Below are positions 8,784 to 17,825 of a DNA stretch of 41,509 nucleotides, piece by piece. Position numbers and translations under genes: made by a program. Origin of the DNA: a virus; the IMG/VR virus record IMGVR_UViG_3300035493_000027; one strand, given 5' to 3'. The notes beneath the pieces were generated by a model. The model saw only the letters and a program-made list of their open reading frames with translations, was not told the origin of the DNA and did no database searches. Position 1 is the stretch's first letter. The number at the start of each line of letters is the position of its first letter.

Positions 8784-11700
8784 ATGGCCGTTTACGAGAT
8801 CAATGGCGCTCGCTATGAGCTGCCCGATGACCTCCAGGGTGACCAACTCAACGAGACCTTGATGTACCTCTCCCAGGCCGAAGCGCCGCAGGAAGCTGCC
8901 CTGGCCCCGACTGATTACCAGTATGGGGCCGTGGCCAAGGACATCGACCCCGATACCCTGGCCAGCAACCAAGACTGGCTCAACGCCTCCCGCGTGCTGT
9001 ACCAGATGAACGAGGGGCAACCCTTCCAGGGTAGCGACCAAGAGCTGGCTGAGTGGGGTCTGGACATGATGGGCTGGTTCAATTACAACCTGCCCGTAAT
9101 GGCGGTGGATGCTGCCAAGATCAGCAACGCAGAGCAGTTTGAGAAGGACGCCTTCCTGTACCTGATGGACTCCTATGACAACCTCAACGTGTCCTGGGAT
9201 GGCGTCGGGCGGTTCTTCAAGGGCGTCCTGACTGACCCCACAACCTACGTCGGTCTGGGCACCCTGGGTGTCGGCCTCGCTGGTAAGGAAGGTGCCAAGC
9301 AAGCCACCAAGGCTGGCGTCCGTGAGCTGCTCAAGTCTGGCCTCAAGACCGGAACCGTAGCCGGTGTCGAGGGGGCCATGTACGGCGCGGTCGACAACAC
9401 CATCCGTCAGAGCATCGAGGTATCTGCAGGACGTAAGGAGGAGATTGATGGCACGTCTGTTCTGGGCAGTGCTGCCCTGGGTGCAGGGGTTGGCTTGGCT
9501 GGGGGTACTGTACTCTCTGCTGTTTCAGACTCACTAGCCAACAAGTGGCGCAACTTCCGGGCTGGGCCGGAGGAAACCATTCCGGTTCCAGTCCAAGCGG
9601 CACCAGAGGCTCAGCCGAAAGCTGCTGCTGCTGACAGTGCAGCACCCGCTACCCCCGATGCAGCCCCCACTCCTAGCCAACCGGCTCAACTCGAAGCCAC
9701 GCCGACCGATCTTGTTCGGGTGGCTCCGGGCACCGATGCAGCCATCCAGGCCCGCGAAGGCGAGCTGATCTTCAACCGCACTCTGGAACAACTCAACACC
9801 CCAGAGCTGGACAACCAGATCCCGTTCGTTCCCAGGAACATGGACGAGGTGACCCAGTTCGCTGAGTCCCTGGCCGAAGACCTTCGAGACCTGCACTACA
9901 CCCAGGTCGAGGACATCGTCGACCAGCTCCGTACCACCAAGATGACCCAGGCAGAATGGGGCAGCTTTAACCGCTCCACCCAGATCGCCGTGGATCAGCT
10001 CCGCACCGAGCTGGCCAAGGTCATCAAGGAGACCCAAGGCACCACCGATCCTCAGAAGCTGTACCTCCTTGGCAAGCAACAGGAGAAGCTGGAGGGGCTG
10101 CTGTCGCCGGTAGCCACAATGGACGAGGCATTCTCCTCGCTCACCGGCTCCATGCTGCGTCAACGCCAGGAAGGTCTCACCGCGCTCCGTGGGCTGAGTC
10201 CCGAGGAGCTGGTGAAGCAAGGCATGTCCAAGGAGGACGCCGATGCCGAGTTCGCTCGCCGCGTCGATGCAGCCATGGAGAGCCGGGAGTTCAAGCAGAA
10301 GGCCCAGGAGTACGACTCCGCGATCTCTGCAGCCCTGGCCAAGGGTGACGTGGGGGAAGCTGCAAGGCTCACCGTGATCAAGCAGGAGGAGCTGGCCATC
10401 GACGCTGAGTCGGCTGCTGGCACCAACCCTGGGTTCATCCGCAAGGCCAACGAGCTGATCATCTCCAACGTGTTCAGCATGACCACCCTGATGGTCAACG
10501 CTGTACCTTCCATGGCCAAGGTGCTGTACCGGCCCACGCTCAACGCGGCCCTGTCGAACCCCTTCGAGAAGGCTACCCGCCGCGAGATGATGGCCACCTA
10601 CAGCGCCATGCGGTCGGCTACTGGCGGTGCCTGGAGAGCGGCCAAGGCGGCCTTCCGGTACGAACAGGCGATCCTCACCAGGGAGTCTGGCCGGTTGCTG
10701 GAGGGCGAGCTGGCGATCAAGGGACTCAAGGGAGGCGTCATCCGCATGTTCCCACGTTTGCTCAACGCCTCCGACGAGTTCATGTCGCGCATCACCTACG
10801 AGGGCTTCATCGCCGGTAAGGTCGCCAATGACGCATTCGAGGAAGGCGAACGCCAGGGACTCAAGGGCAAGGCGCTGAACCAGTTCGTGAAGACCAAGGT
10901 GTGGGAAGCCATCGAGGCGTCCTACGCCAACCCCACGGCCCAGGAGAACCTGAACGTCGTGCTGAACAAGGGCCGAACCCTGGGCTACTCCGGGCAGAAG
11001 CTGATCAACTACGTCCAGCGCGAGGTGGCCCGAGACCCCGAGGCACTACGCCACGGTCACGACTCCGAGGCCATCGACTACGTCCGCGACGTGCTCTACA
11101 AGCGGGCGTTCAGTGGTGAGGGATTCGCGTCCAGCACCGCCAAGCGCTACGAGGACTGGGTCAACGAGCATCCGATCGTTCGCCTCATGGGGCAGTTGTT
11201 CTTCCGCACCCCCGTGCGTGTCTTCGAGGAAGGTATGAGGATGACTCCCGGTGTGCAGGTACTGGCTCCTGGCTTCATTCGTGACCTGCGTGGCCTGAAC
11301 GGTCGACGGGCGCAGATGCGTGCCCAGGGCGAGGCGATGATGTCGCTGGCCGCTACCAGTGCTGTCCTGACGCTCTACGCCCAGGGCCGGATCACTGGTG
11401 ACGGTGCCTATTCGGACTGGCGGCAGCAGCGTGCCCGTGGGGATTCCGACCTGCCTGAGCCGTACACCATCCGGTTCGACGATGGTTCCACCTGGAGCTA
11501 CCGCAACTTCGACCCGCTGGCCACCCCGTTGAAGATCATGATCAACGGCCTGGAGCGCTACGAGAACCTCGTGCGCCGGGAGCGTCAGGGCGAGTTCGTG
11601 GACAAGACCGAGTGGGATCGGGCCAAGGCAGCGGTGTCTGTCGGAACCGGGGCAATCGCCCAGGCCATCCGCGATGCCAACCTCATGGCCGGTGTCGACG

Positions 11701-12419
11701 CAATGCTGACCCTTGGAGAGGACGCCACCGATCCCGAGAAGTCCGACGCTGCGATGCTCAAGTTCCTGGGCGAGAAGCTGCGCACCCTGGTGCCCAACAC
11801 CATGCAGAAGATCGCCAAGACCAACGACCCGACCATCGACGACCCGACTACGTTCTGGCAGATGGTGGAGTCGAAGGTGCTCTTTGGGGGAACCCTGGGA
11901 GCCTACGAGCGCAGTGCCCCGAAGTCCTACGACTTCCTGGGGAACGTGCGGCAGATGGGCGACGAGGGTGTGATGTGGAACATCTTCTCCCTGTCCACCC
12001 CCGAGGAGCGGGCCAAGGGCATGAACGAGCAGCAGCTCGATGTGCTCCGCAAGCTCGACTACATCAGCAAGCAGACCGGGACGACCTTCGCCGCGCCTAA
12101 CAAGCACCGGCTGATGGGCAACACCGATCTTCGCAAGACGATGACGGCGGACGGCCAGGAGTCCCTGTATGACCGCTGGCAGCGCTACTACAAGGAGCAG
12201 CAGCCCGAGGTCGGCCTGTCGCAGATCCTCAACGCCGGTCTCCCGGTGGGCACCCAGTCCATCAGCGGGCCGGTGGTGCAGCAGGTGAACCGCTACATCA
12301 ACTCCCTCCGTGATGCCGCTTTCTACCGCCTGATGGCCGAGGAAGCCGGTGTCCAGCAAGGCGTCATCCAGAACCTGCACCGCAAAGCTGAGGTGAAAGC
12401 GGGCTTCTGGGATCAGTAA
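8784..12419 (+). CDS. Internal virion (core) protein D (gp16-like by position and size)
   Basis: 1211 aa, the largest ORF. Directly precedes the tail fibre as in T7. Contains an Ala/Pro-rich linker around nt 9560-9720. Confidence 0.7.
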   Translation: MAVYEINGARYELPDDLQGDQLNETLMYLSQAEAPQEAALAPTDYQYGAVAKDIDPDTLASNQDWLNASRVLYQMNEGQPFQGSDQELAEWGLDMMGWFNYNLPVMAVDAAKISNAEQFEKDAFLYLMDSYDNLNVSWDGVGRFFKGVLTDPTTYVGLGTLGVGLAGKEGAKQATKAGVRELLKSGLKTGTVAGVEGAMYGAVDNTIRQSIEVSAGRKEEIDGTSVLGSAALGAGVGLAGGTVLSAVSDSLANKWRNFRAGPEETIPVPVQAAPEAQPKAAAADSAAPATPDAAPTPSQPAQLEATPTDLVRVAPGTDAAIQAREGELIFNRTLEQLNTPELDNQIPFVPRNMDEVTQFAESLAEDLRDLHYTQVEDIVDQLRTTKMTQAEWGSFNRSTQIAVDQLRTELAKVIKETQGTTDPQKLYLLGKQQEKLEGLLSPVATMDEAFSSLTGSMLRQRQEGLTALRGLSPEELVKQGMSKEDADAEFARRVDAAMESREFKQKAQEYDSAISAALAKGDVGEAARLTVIKQEELAIDAESAAGTNPGFIRKANELIISNVFSMTTLMVNAVPSMAKVLYRPTLNAALSNPFEKATRREMMATYSAMRSATGGAWRAAKAAFRYEQAILTRESGRLLEGELAIKGLKGGVIRMFPRLLNASDEFMSRITYEGFIAGKVANDAFEEGERQGLKGKALNQFVKTKVWEAIEASYANPTAQENLNVVLNKGRTLGYSGQKLINYVQREVARDPEALRHGHDSEAIDYVRDVLYKRAFSGEGFASSTAKRYEDWVNEHPIVRLMGQLFFRTPVRVFEEGMRMTPGVQVLAPGFIRDLRGLNGRRAQMRAQGEAMMSLAATSAVLTLYAQGRITGDGAYSDWRQQRARGDSDLPEPYTIRFDDGSTWSYRNFDPLATPLKIMINGLERYENLVRRERQGEFVDKTEWDRAKAAVSVGTGAIAQAIRDANLMAGVDAMLTLGEDATDPEKSDAAMLKFLGEKLRTLVPNTMQKIAKTNDPTIDDPTTFWQMVESKVLFGGTLGAYERSAPKSYDFLGNVRQMGDEGVMWNIFSLSTPEERAKGMNEQQLDVLRKLDYISKQTGTTFAAPNKHRLMGNTDLRKTMTADGQESLYDRWQRYYKEQQPEVGLSQILNAGLPVGTQSISGPVVQQVNRYINSLRDAAFYRLMAEEAGVQQGVIQNLHRKAEVKAGFWDQ

Positions 12420-12445
12420 CAACCAATCGTTCCATCGCTAAGGGG
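12418..12445 (+). promoter_or_regulatory. Degenerate M2-like copy (AACAACCAATCGTTCCATCGCTAAGGGG)
   Basis: Its 3' half CCATCGCTAAGG resembles CCATCGCATAGG of the 2975 copy. Starts at the stop codon of the gp16-like gene, like other M2 copies. Confidence 0.3.
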
Positions 12446-12471
12446 CGGCCTTCGGGTCGCCCTTTTTCTTT
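12443..12471 (+). terminator. Intrinsic-type terminator (UUCG tetraloop hairpin plus T-run)
   Basis: GGGCGGCC-TTCG-GGTCGCCC (8 bp, one G-U) followed by TTTTTCTTT. Confidence 0.8.
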
Positions 12472-12486
12472 GTCTGGAGGAAAAGC

Positions 12487-14454
12487 ATGGCTCTTGCACG
12501 AGTCACTTACACACAGAGCGTCAGTGGTAACCGCAACTTCTCGGTGCCTTTCCCGTATCTGTCCAAGGATCACGTCAAGGTCACCGTTAATGGCGCAGCC
12601 GTGACGTTCTCCTGGCTGTCGGCCTCGTCCATCCAGTTGACCACGGCACCGGCCATCGGCGTCAAGGTCGAGGTTCGCCGGGTAACCGAGCGCAACTCCC
12701 TGCTGGTGGACTTTGCGGACGGCTCTACGCTCACCGAAAGCCAGCTCGATCTGGCCAGCAAGCAGAACTTCTACCTGTCCCAGGAAGCGGATGACCTGGC
12801 TGTCGAATCCAATGGCCTCGCCAAGGACGCGACCGATACCGCCAACGCCGCAACCACCACGGCCAATGAGGCGAAGACCCTCGCCAACACCGCTGTGAGT
12901 ACCGCCAACTCGGCCAGTGCTACGGCTAACGACGCGAAGTCAACAGCAGATTCCGCCGTAGTGACCGCCAACAACGCCAGCAATACTGCTTCTTCAGCGG
13001 TAGTAACAGCGAACGGTGCAGTAACCACGGCATCGGCTGCAGAGGCGAAAGCAGATTCGGCTGTTACGACCGCTTCGCAAGCGAATAACCGCGCATTCAG
13101 CGCAGAGCTGAAAGCTGATTCTGCGATCTCCACTGCCAATGGCGCGAGTGCCAAAGCGGACAGCGCAACCAGCTCTGCCAACACCGCACTCAATACGGCG
13201 AACACTGCCCTTAGTAACTCTGAGACTGCAGTTTCGCTTGCCGACGCCGCGTCGATTCGCTCTGACGCCGCCCAGGCATCTGCCAGTGCTGCTCAAGCTG
13301 CCGCTGAAGCCGCCGCTCAGGATGCCAACACAGCGGTAAACACGGCTGCTGAGTTGGAAGTGACGGTGAATCAGGTACTGGAGGGTGTTCAGGCAATCGC
13401 AGGTGGTGACCTGTCCGACTTTGCCAAGAACTCGGAAAACCTCTCGATGTTGACCGATAAGGCTGCGGCCAAGGCCAACTTGGGATTAGATCAAGTCGAT
13501 AACACCAGCGATCTGGATAAGCCGATCTCAACGGCAACTCAGAGTGCTCTTGAAGGTAAAGCAGATTCTTACCACCTGCACACTCGGGATCAAATTACAG
13601 ACTTCACTGTAAGTTGGGCCGAGGTTACAGGGAAACCGGCAAGTTACACCCCAAGCGCTCATACTCACGGGGTGAATGACTTACCGGCGTCAGTGAAGGG
13701 TCTAGTCGCTTATTACGGCAGTGGTCAAGGAGATCCGAATACAGCGGTTGACCATATCCTTCTGTCTAACCACGCAAACACACCTAACTCCGCGTTCTAC
13801 TGGCATATATACACGAGCTTCTACTCGTCGATTAGTTCGACAGCGAACCGCTCGCAACTAGCCATTCAGTACAACGGAGGAAACCAAGTCTATGCGCGTT
13901 CCTGCTATGGATCGACGTGGACTGCGTGGGTACGGCTGGATGTAGGCGACTGGGCGACGTTGTTGAACAAGCCGTCGGAGTTCCCCCCGTCAGCACACAA
14001 TCACGACTGGGCGAATATCCTCAACCCGCCGACTCAAGCGACTCGCTGGCCTACATGGAGCGAAGTAACCAGTAAGCCTACGACATTCCCGCCTAGTTCA
14101 CATACTCATGGCGCTGCTGATATAGCCGCTGCATTCAACGGGAGCGGCTTACAAAGTCTAGGACTGACTGGCTACCAGAAGCTCCCTGGAGGTCTGATCC
14201 TGCAGTGGAAGTACCATGATGTCAGCGTAAGTCTTGGTGCTCATACCATGATGGTGTCTAACTCGTCGTTCCCTATCGCATTCCCCAATGAGGTGTTTGC
14301 TGTTTATACGGCATGGATGAACGGTAACACCTCGAAGATCTCTTTGATGGCCACCGACGTGAGCACAACCCAGGTCGGCGCGATTTACGGTTCTGACAAC
14401 ACTAACGGTGGAACAAGAACAGGTCGAATTGTGTATTTAGCTACAGGGCGTTAA
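12487..14454 (+). CDS. Tail fibre protein (T7 gp17-type N-terminal adaptor, Ala/Thr/Asn-rich stalk, HxH-repeat distal part)
   Basis: The N-terminal ~100 aa fit the T7 tail-fibre N-terminal domain pattern (FSVPFPYLSKDHVKV..V..R.T, LVDFADGSTLTESQLD). Nt ~12830-13340 encode low-complexity TAN/SA repeats. Three P-S-(A/S)-H-(T/N)-H-(G/D) repeats occur (SAHTHG, SAHNHD, SSHTHG), as in the phage tail fibre repeat family. Confidence 0.9.
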   Translation: MALARVTYTQSVSGNRNFSVPFPYLSKDHVKVTVNGAAVTFSWLSASSIQLTTAPAIGVKVEVRRVTERNSLLVDFADGSTLTESQLDLASKQNFYLSQEADDLAVESNGLAKDATDTANAATTTANEAKTLANTAVSTANSASATANDAKSTADSAVVTANNASNTASSAVVTANGAVTTASAAEAKADSAVTTASQANNRAFSAELKADSAISTANGASAKADSATSSANTALNTANTALSNSETAVSLADAASIRSDAAQASASAAQAAAEAAAQDANTAVNTAAELEVTVNQVLEGVQAIAGGDLSDFAKNSENLSMLTDKAAAKANLGLDQVDNTSDLDKPISTATQSALEGKADSYHLHTRDQITDFTVSWAEVTGKPASYTPSAHTHGVNDLPASVKGLVAYYGSGQGDPNTAVDHILLSNHANTPNSAFYWHIYTSFYSSISSTANRSQLAIQYNGGNQVYARSCYGSTWTAWVRLDVGDWATLLNKPSEFPPSAHNHDWANILNPPTQATRWPTWSEVTSKPTTFPPSSHTHGAADIAAAFNGSGLQSLGLTGYQKLPGGLILQWKYHDVSVSLGAHTMMVSNSSFPIAFPNEVFAVYTAWMNGNTSKISLMATDVSTTQVGAIYGSDNTNGGTRTGRIVYLATGR

Positions 14455-14459
14455 CGGCA

Positions 14460-14831
14460 ATGAAGTATTCAGTAGAGACAAACGGCTTTTATGCCGACGA
14501 TGTCCAATATGCCTATGTCCCTTCGGACGTTGTCCAGATTACGGATGAGGAGTATTGGACACTACTCAAAGGGCAATCCGAAGGGAAGCGGATTGTCCTG
14601 GGAAACAATGGGCGACCAGTGTTAGGTGAGCCTCTGCCTCCAAGTTACGAAGATGTCGCCGAGCAGGTCCGGTCTCAACGTAATCGGCTACTTGCGGAAT
14701 CTGACTGGACGCAAATGCCGGATGCTCCGGTTGATCGTTCAGCCTGGGCGGTGTATCGCCAAGCGCTGCGTGAAGTGCCGCAACAGCCCGGCTTCCCCTT
14801 CGACGTGGTATGGCCGGAGGCTCCTGCATGA
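14460..14831 (+). CDS. Tail fibre assembly chaperone (Tfa-like)
   Basis: C-terminal R..LLAESDWTQMPDAP......W..YRQALREVPQQPGFPFDVVWPEAP fits the Caudovirales tail fibre assembly protein motif as recalled. Immediately downstream of the fibre gene. Confidence 0.65.
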   Translation: MKYSVETNGFYADDVQYAYVPSDVVQITDEEYWTLLKGQSEGKRIVLGNNGRPVLGEPLPPSYEDVAEQVRSQRNRLLAESDWTQMPDAPVDRSAWAVYRQALREVPQQPGFPFDVVWPEAPA

Positions 14832-15055
14832 CCGTCCGCCACGCTGCTGAGCAAGCAGCCATCGTCACCACTCCCGTGCCGGTTGGTGTCTCGGGCATGA
14901 CCATGTTCGGGATCACCCTTCAGGATTGGGTGTTCATCGGCACCGCGATGCTTCTGGTGTTCCAGATCATCGTCTTCCTGCCCAAGGTACGGGACGCAAT
15001 CAAGTCCCTGTTCGGAAAGGAGAAAACCTGTGACCGCACCGAAAGAGCTTCTTGA
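14828..15055 (+). CDS. Holin candidate (position of T7 gp17.5)
   Basis: ATGA overlap with the preceding stop. 75 aa with a strong TM segment (WVFIGTAMLLVFQIIVFL) and a charged C-terminus. Lies between the fibre module and small terminase as in T7. Confidence 0.55.
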   Translation: MTVRHAAEQAAIVTTPVPVGVSGMTMFGITLQDWVFIGTAMLLVFQIIVFLPKVRDAIKSLFGKEKTCDRTERAS

Positions 15056-15263
15056 GGCTCTCCACGCGGCGGTCGGTGAGCAACTGCTGGAGCGAATCCA
15101 GTCTGGCCAAGCCACTGCCTCGGATTTCGCCCAGGCCATCAAGTTCTTGAAGGACAACGGCATCGAGGCAATCCCGACTGCCGGTAACTCCCTGGAGCGC
15201 CTGACCAATTCGTTGACCAGCCAGCTCCCGTTCACCGATCCCAACGATCCCGCATACCACTAA
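15030..15263 (+). CDS. Terminase small subunit (T7 gp18-like); GTG start
   Basis: 77 aa helical protein directly upstream of the large terminase. AAGGAG lies 6 nt upstream of the GTG. The AIKFLKDNGIE block is typical of this family as recalled. Confidence 0.75.
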   Translation: MTAPKELLEALHAAVGEQLLERIQSGQATASDFAQAIKFLKDNGIEAIPTAGNSLERLTNSLTSQLPFTDPNDPAYH

Positions 15264-15284
15264 CCAAACCGCCTAGAAGGCCCG

Positions 15285-15346
15285 TAGAGCGCCTCCAGCA
15301 ATCCACCAGTGCATAGGTACAGGGTGGGTTCGCTGGCGGCGCTCTA
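15285..15346 (+). other. Long imperfect hairpin (about 22 bp in three helical segments) carrying an M2 copy
   Basis: TAGAGCGCC/GGCGCTCTA, CCAGC/GCTGG and AATCCACC/GGTGGGTT pair around the apical loop AGTGCATAGGTACAG. The ATG at 15346 lies in the 3' arm. Confidence 0.6.
15298..15317 (+). promoter_or_regulatory. M2 motif copy (GCAATCCACCAGTGCATAGG), function unknown
   Basis: Intergenic, between small and large terminase genes. Confidence 0.6.
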
Positions 15347-15372
15347 TGCGTTTCTGTGGAGCTTACAGCCCT

Positions 15373-17049
15373 ATGTCTTTGCCTGAGTCTCACCCCTTGA
15401 GGGACTTCAGGAACTTCCTCTTTGTCGTGTGGGAGTTCCTGTGGAATGCCGGGGCCATTACGGCAGCAAAGCCAGACCCCACGCCCATCCAATACGACAT
15501 CGCTCACTTCCTCCAGCACGGCCCTCGACGCAAGGTCATCGAGGCGTTCCGGGGAGTGGGCAAGAGCTGGATCACCTCGGCCTACGTCTGCTGGCGACTC
15601 CTGCTCGATCCCAACCTCAACTTCCTCGTGGTCTCGGCCTCGAAGGATCGCGCTGACCAGTTCTCGACGTTCACCAAGCGGTTGATCTTCGAGCTGCCCA
15701 TCCTGGCCCACCTGCGGCCCAGGGACGGTCAACGCAACTCCAACATCATGTTCGACGTTGGCCCGGCTGGTATCAGCCATTCGCCCTCGGTGAAGTCCGT
15801 GGGTATCACCGGCCAGCTCACTGGTAGCCGTGCCGACGAGATCATCGCGGACGACGTGGAGTCGCTGAACAACTCGCTCACCCAGGTGATGCGCGACCAG
15901 CTCTCCGAGCGGATCAAGGAGTTCGACGCGATCATCAAGCCCGGTGGCCGCATCACGTTCCTGGGCACGCCTCAGACCGAGATGTCGATCTACAACCAGC
16001 TCACCGAGCGTGGCTACCAGATCCGCGTCTGGCCAGCTCGCATCCCAGAAGACCCCGACAAGTACCAGGGCCGTCTGGCTCCCTACATCATGGACATGAT
16101 CGCCCGTGGTGCTAAGACCAGGGAGACCACCGATCCCAAGCGGTTCAGCTCGGAGGACTTGCTGGAGCGTGAGGCTTCCTACGGTCGATCCGGCTTCGCC
16201 CTGCAGTTCATGCTGGACACCAGCCTGAGCGACCAAGAGAAGTACCCGCTGCGGCTGCAAGACCTGATCGTCATGCCCCTGGATACCCGCATGGCCCCCG
16301 TGAAGGTGGTCTGGTCGTCTGGCCCGGAGTACACCCTCAACGATGTCCCCTGTGTGGGCATGGGTGGTGATCGGTTCTACCGGCCCATGTGGACTGCCCA
16401 GGACATGGCCGAGTACACCGGCTCGGTGATGTTCATCGACCCGTCCGGTCGCGGTAAGGACGAGACCTCCTACGCGGTCGTGAAGATGCTCCACGGGTGG
16501 CTCTACTTGGTCGACTGCGGGGGCTTCACCGGGGGTTACAACGACGAGACCCTCAAGAGCCTGTGCCTCGTGGCAGCCAAGCATTCGGTCAATCTAGTGC
16601 TGATCGAACCCAACTTCGGTGACGGTATGTTCCTCGAACTCCTCAAGCCCTGGATGACTCGGTTCCACCCGGTCACCCTGGAGGAAGCCCCGAGGGCATC
16701 CATGCAGAAGGAGAAGCGGATCATCGACGTACTGGAGCCGGTGATGAACCAGCACCGTCTGGTGATCGACAAGGCGCTCGTGAAGAAGGACTACGACTCA
16801 GCTCCTGATCCCAAGTACAGCCTGTTCTACCAGCTCACCCGGATCACCAAGGATAAGGGGGCATTGATCCACGATGACCGCCTGGATGCGCTTGCAGGAG
16901 CCGTTGCGTACTGGGTAGAGCAGATGGGTAGGGATACCGAGAAAGCCGCTCAGAGCCACCGGGAGAGGCTCCTAGACGCTGAACTGCAGAAGTTCGCACG
17001 CAGCGTCCTGGGCTATTCGCCCCAGGCTGATACATGGATGGGCTTCTGA
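15373..17049 (+). CDS. Terminase large subunit (T7 gp19-like)
   Basis: AFRGVGKSWITS (Walker A), LVVSASKDRADQFS, HSPSVKSVGITGQLTGSRADEIIADDVE, FLGTPQTEMS and ALIHDDRLDAL closely match T7 gp19 as recalled. The start could instead be 15346, which is embedded in the upstream hairpin. Confidence 0.93.
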   Translation: MSLPESHPLRDFRNFLFVVWEFLWNAGAITAAKPDPTPIQYDIAHFLQHGPRRKVIEAFRGVGKSWITSAYVCWRLLLDPNLNFLVVSASKDRADQFSTFTKRLIFELPILAHLRPRDGQRNSNIMFDVGPAGISHSPSVKSVGITGQLTGSRADEIIADDVESLNNSLTQVMRDQLSERIKEFDAIIKPGGRITFLGTPQTEMSIYNQLTERGYQIRVWPARIPEDPDKYQGRLAPYIMDMIARGAKTRETTDPKRFSSEDLLEREASYGRSGFALQFMLDTSLSDQEKYPLRLQDLIVMPLDTRMAPVKVVWSSGPEYTLNDVPCVGMGGDRFYRPMWTAQDMAEYTGSVMFIDPSGRGKDETSYAVVKMLHGWLYLVDCGGFTGGYNDETLKSLCLVAAKHSVNLVLIEPNFGDGMFLELLKPWMTRFHPVTLEEAPRASMQKEKRIIDVLEPVMNQHRLVIDKALVKKDYDSAPDPKYSLFYQLTRITKDKGALIHDDRLDALAGAVAYWVEQMGRDTEKAAQSHRERLLDAELQKFARSVLGYSPQADTWMGF

Positions 17050-17070
17050 TTACCACACAGTTTTGGAGAA
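17048..17070 (+). promoter_or_regulatory. Phage RNAP promoter, M1 family (GATTACCACACAGTTTTGGAGAA)
   Basis: Overlaps the terminase stop. Followed by the stem-loop GAAGGGGG-gagta-CCCCCTTC at the predicted transcript 5' end. Confidence 0.8.
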
Positions 17071-17107
17071 GGGGGGAGTACCCCCTTCCTCAGAACTGAG
17101 GTGAGTA

Positions 17108-17596
17108 ATGAGGATAGAAACACTAAGCGAACTTCTTGAGTACCGTGAAGGTAACCTCTACTGGCGAAAAACCCGGAGAGGTAAGGCCCGTAAAGGCTCG
17201 GTAGCGGGGAGTAAACGCCAGGACGGTTATGTCATGGTAGAAGTTGGGGGAAACCGCTTCTTCGCCCATAGACTGATATGGATGTTGTTCAACGGTTCTA
17301 TTCCAGCCGGAATGCAGGTGGATCACATCAATGGAATCAGGGACGACAACCGTATCGAGAACCTCCGGCTGTTGTCCCAAACAGACAACATACGGGCTGC
17401 TTCCAGAAGGCCGAGGAAGAACAACACATCTGGCGTTCCTGGCGTCTACTACAACATCAGCCCTAAGGCGAGAGGGTATGTGGCTAGAATCAGCGTGAAT
17501 GGAAAACGCATAGAGCTGGGCTTCCGCACCGACTTCTTCGAGGCTGTCTGCTTGAGAAAGTCGGCAGAAGTACGCTACGGCTACGCAAAGTTGTGA
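17108..17596 (+). CDS. HNH homing endonuclease with AP2-type DNA-binding domain
   Basis: HRLIWMLFNG..VDHINGIRDDNRIENLRLLSQTDN (HNH_3-type) plus GVPGVYY....GYVARISVNGKRIELGF (AP2-type). Clearly lower GC than its neighbours. Confidence 0.9.
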   Translation: MRIETLSELLEYREGNLYWRKTRRGKARKGSVAGSKRQDGYVMVEVGGNRFFAHRLIWMLFNGSIPAGMQVDHINGIRDDNRIENLRLLSQTDNIRAASRRPRKNNTSGVPGVYYNISPKARGYVARISVNGKRIELGFRTDFFEAVCLRKSAEVRYGYAKL

Positions 17597-17645
17597 TTGA
17601 GATAGAGGGGGCGGCCTCTCCATCGCTGGAGTACTCCCCCCTTTC

Positions 17646-17668
17646 AATTACCCCACAGTTCTGGAGGA
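17646..17668 (+). promoter_or_regulatory. Phage RNAP promoter variant, M1 family (AATTACCCCACAGTTCTGGAGGA)
   Basis: One substitution in the conserved core (A to C). Promoter plus about 40 nt of leader is a diverged copy of the 38417 promoter-leader. Confidence 0.65.
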
Positions 17669-17711
17669 TAGGGGAAAACACATAGATTACTTATAGATAC
17701 AGACACTAGAT

Positions 17712-17811
17712 CCTCTGTCAGTCGTCTGCTGCTTTCCCTCTCCTGACCACCATCATCATCCATCCTTCCTTCACTGACACCAGGGCTTCACCCTCTGTCA
17801 GTTGTCTGCTG
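17712..17811 (+). repeat. Two 20-bp direct repeats (CCTCTGTCAGTYGTCTGCTG) 80 bp apart flanking a pyrimidine-rich tract
   Basis: Copies at 17712-17731 and 17792-17811 differ at one position. The intervening sequence on the + strand is almost all C/T. Confidence 0.7.
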
Positions 17812-17825
17812 TGACCGTACCAACC

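Noticed and set aside
17597-17645. Terminator after the HNH gene, and an M2-like CCATCGCTGGAGTAC
   Set aside because: The nested stems AGGGGG/CCCCCT and CTCCA/TGGAG are followed by only three T residues. The M2 resemblance is limited to CCATCGC. Both are too weak to call.
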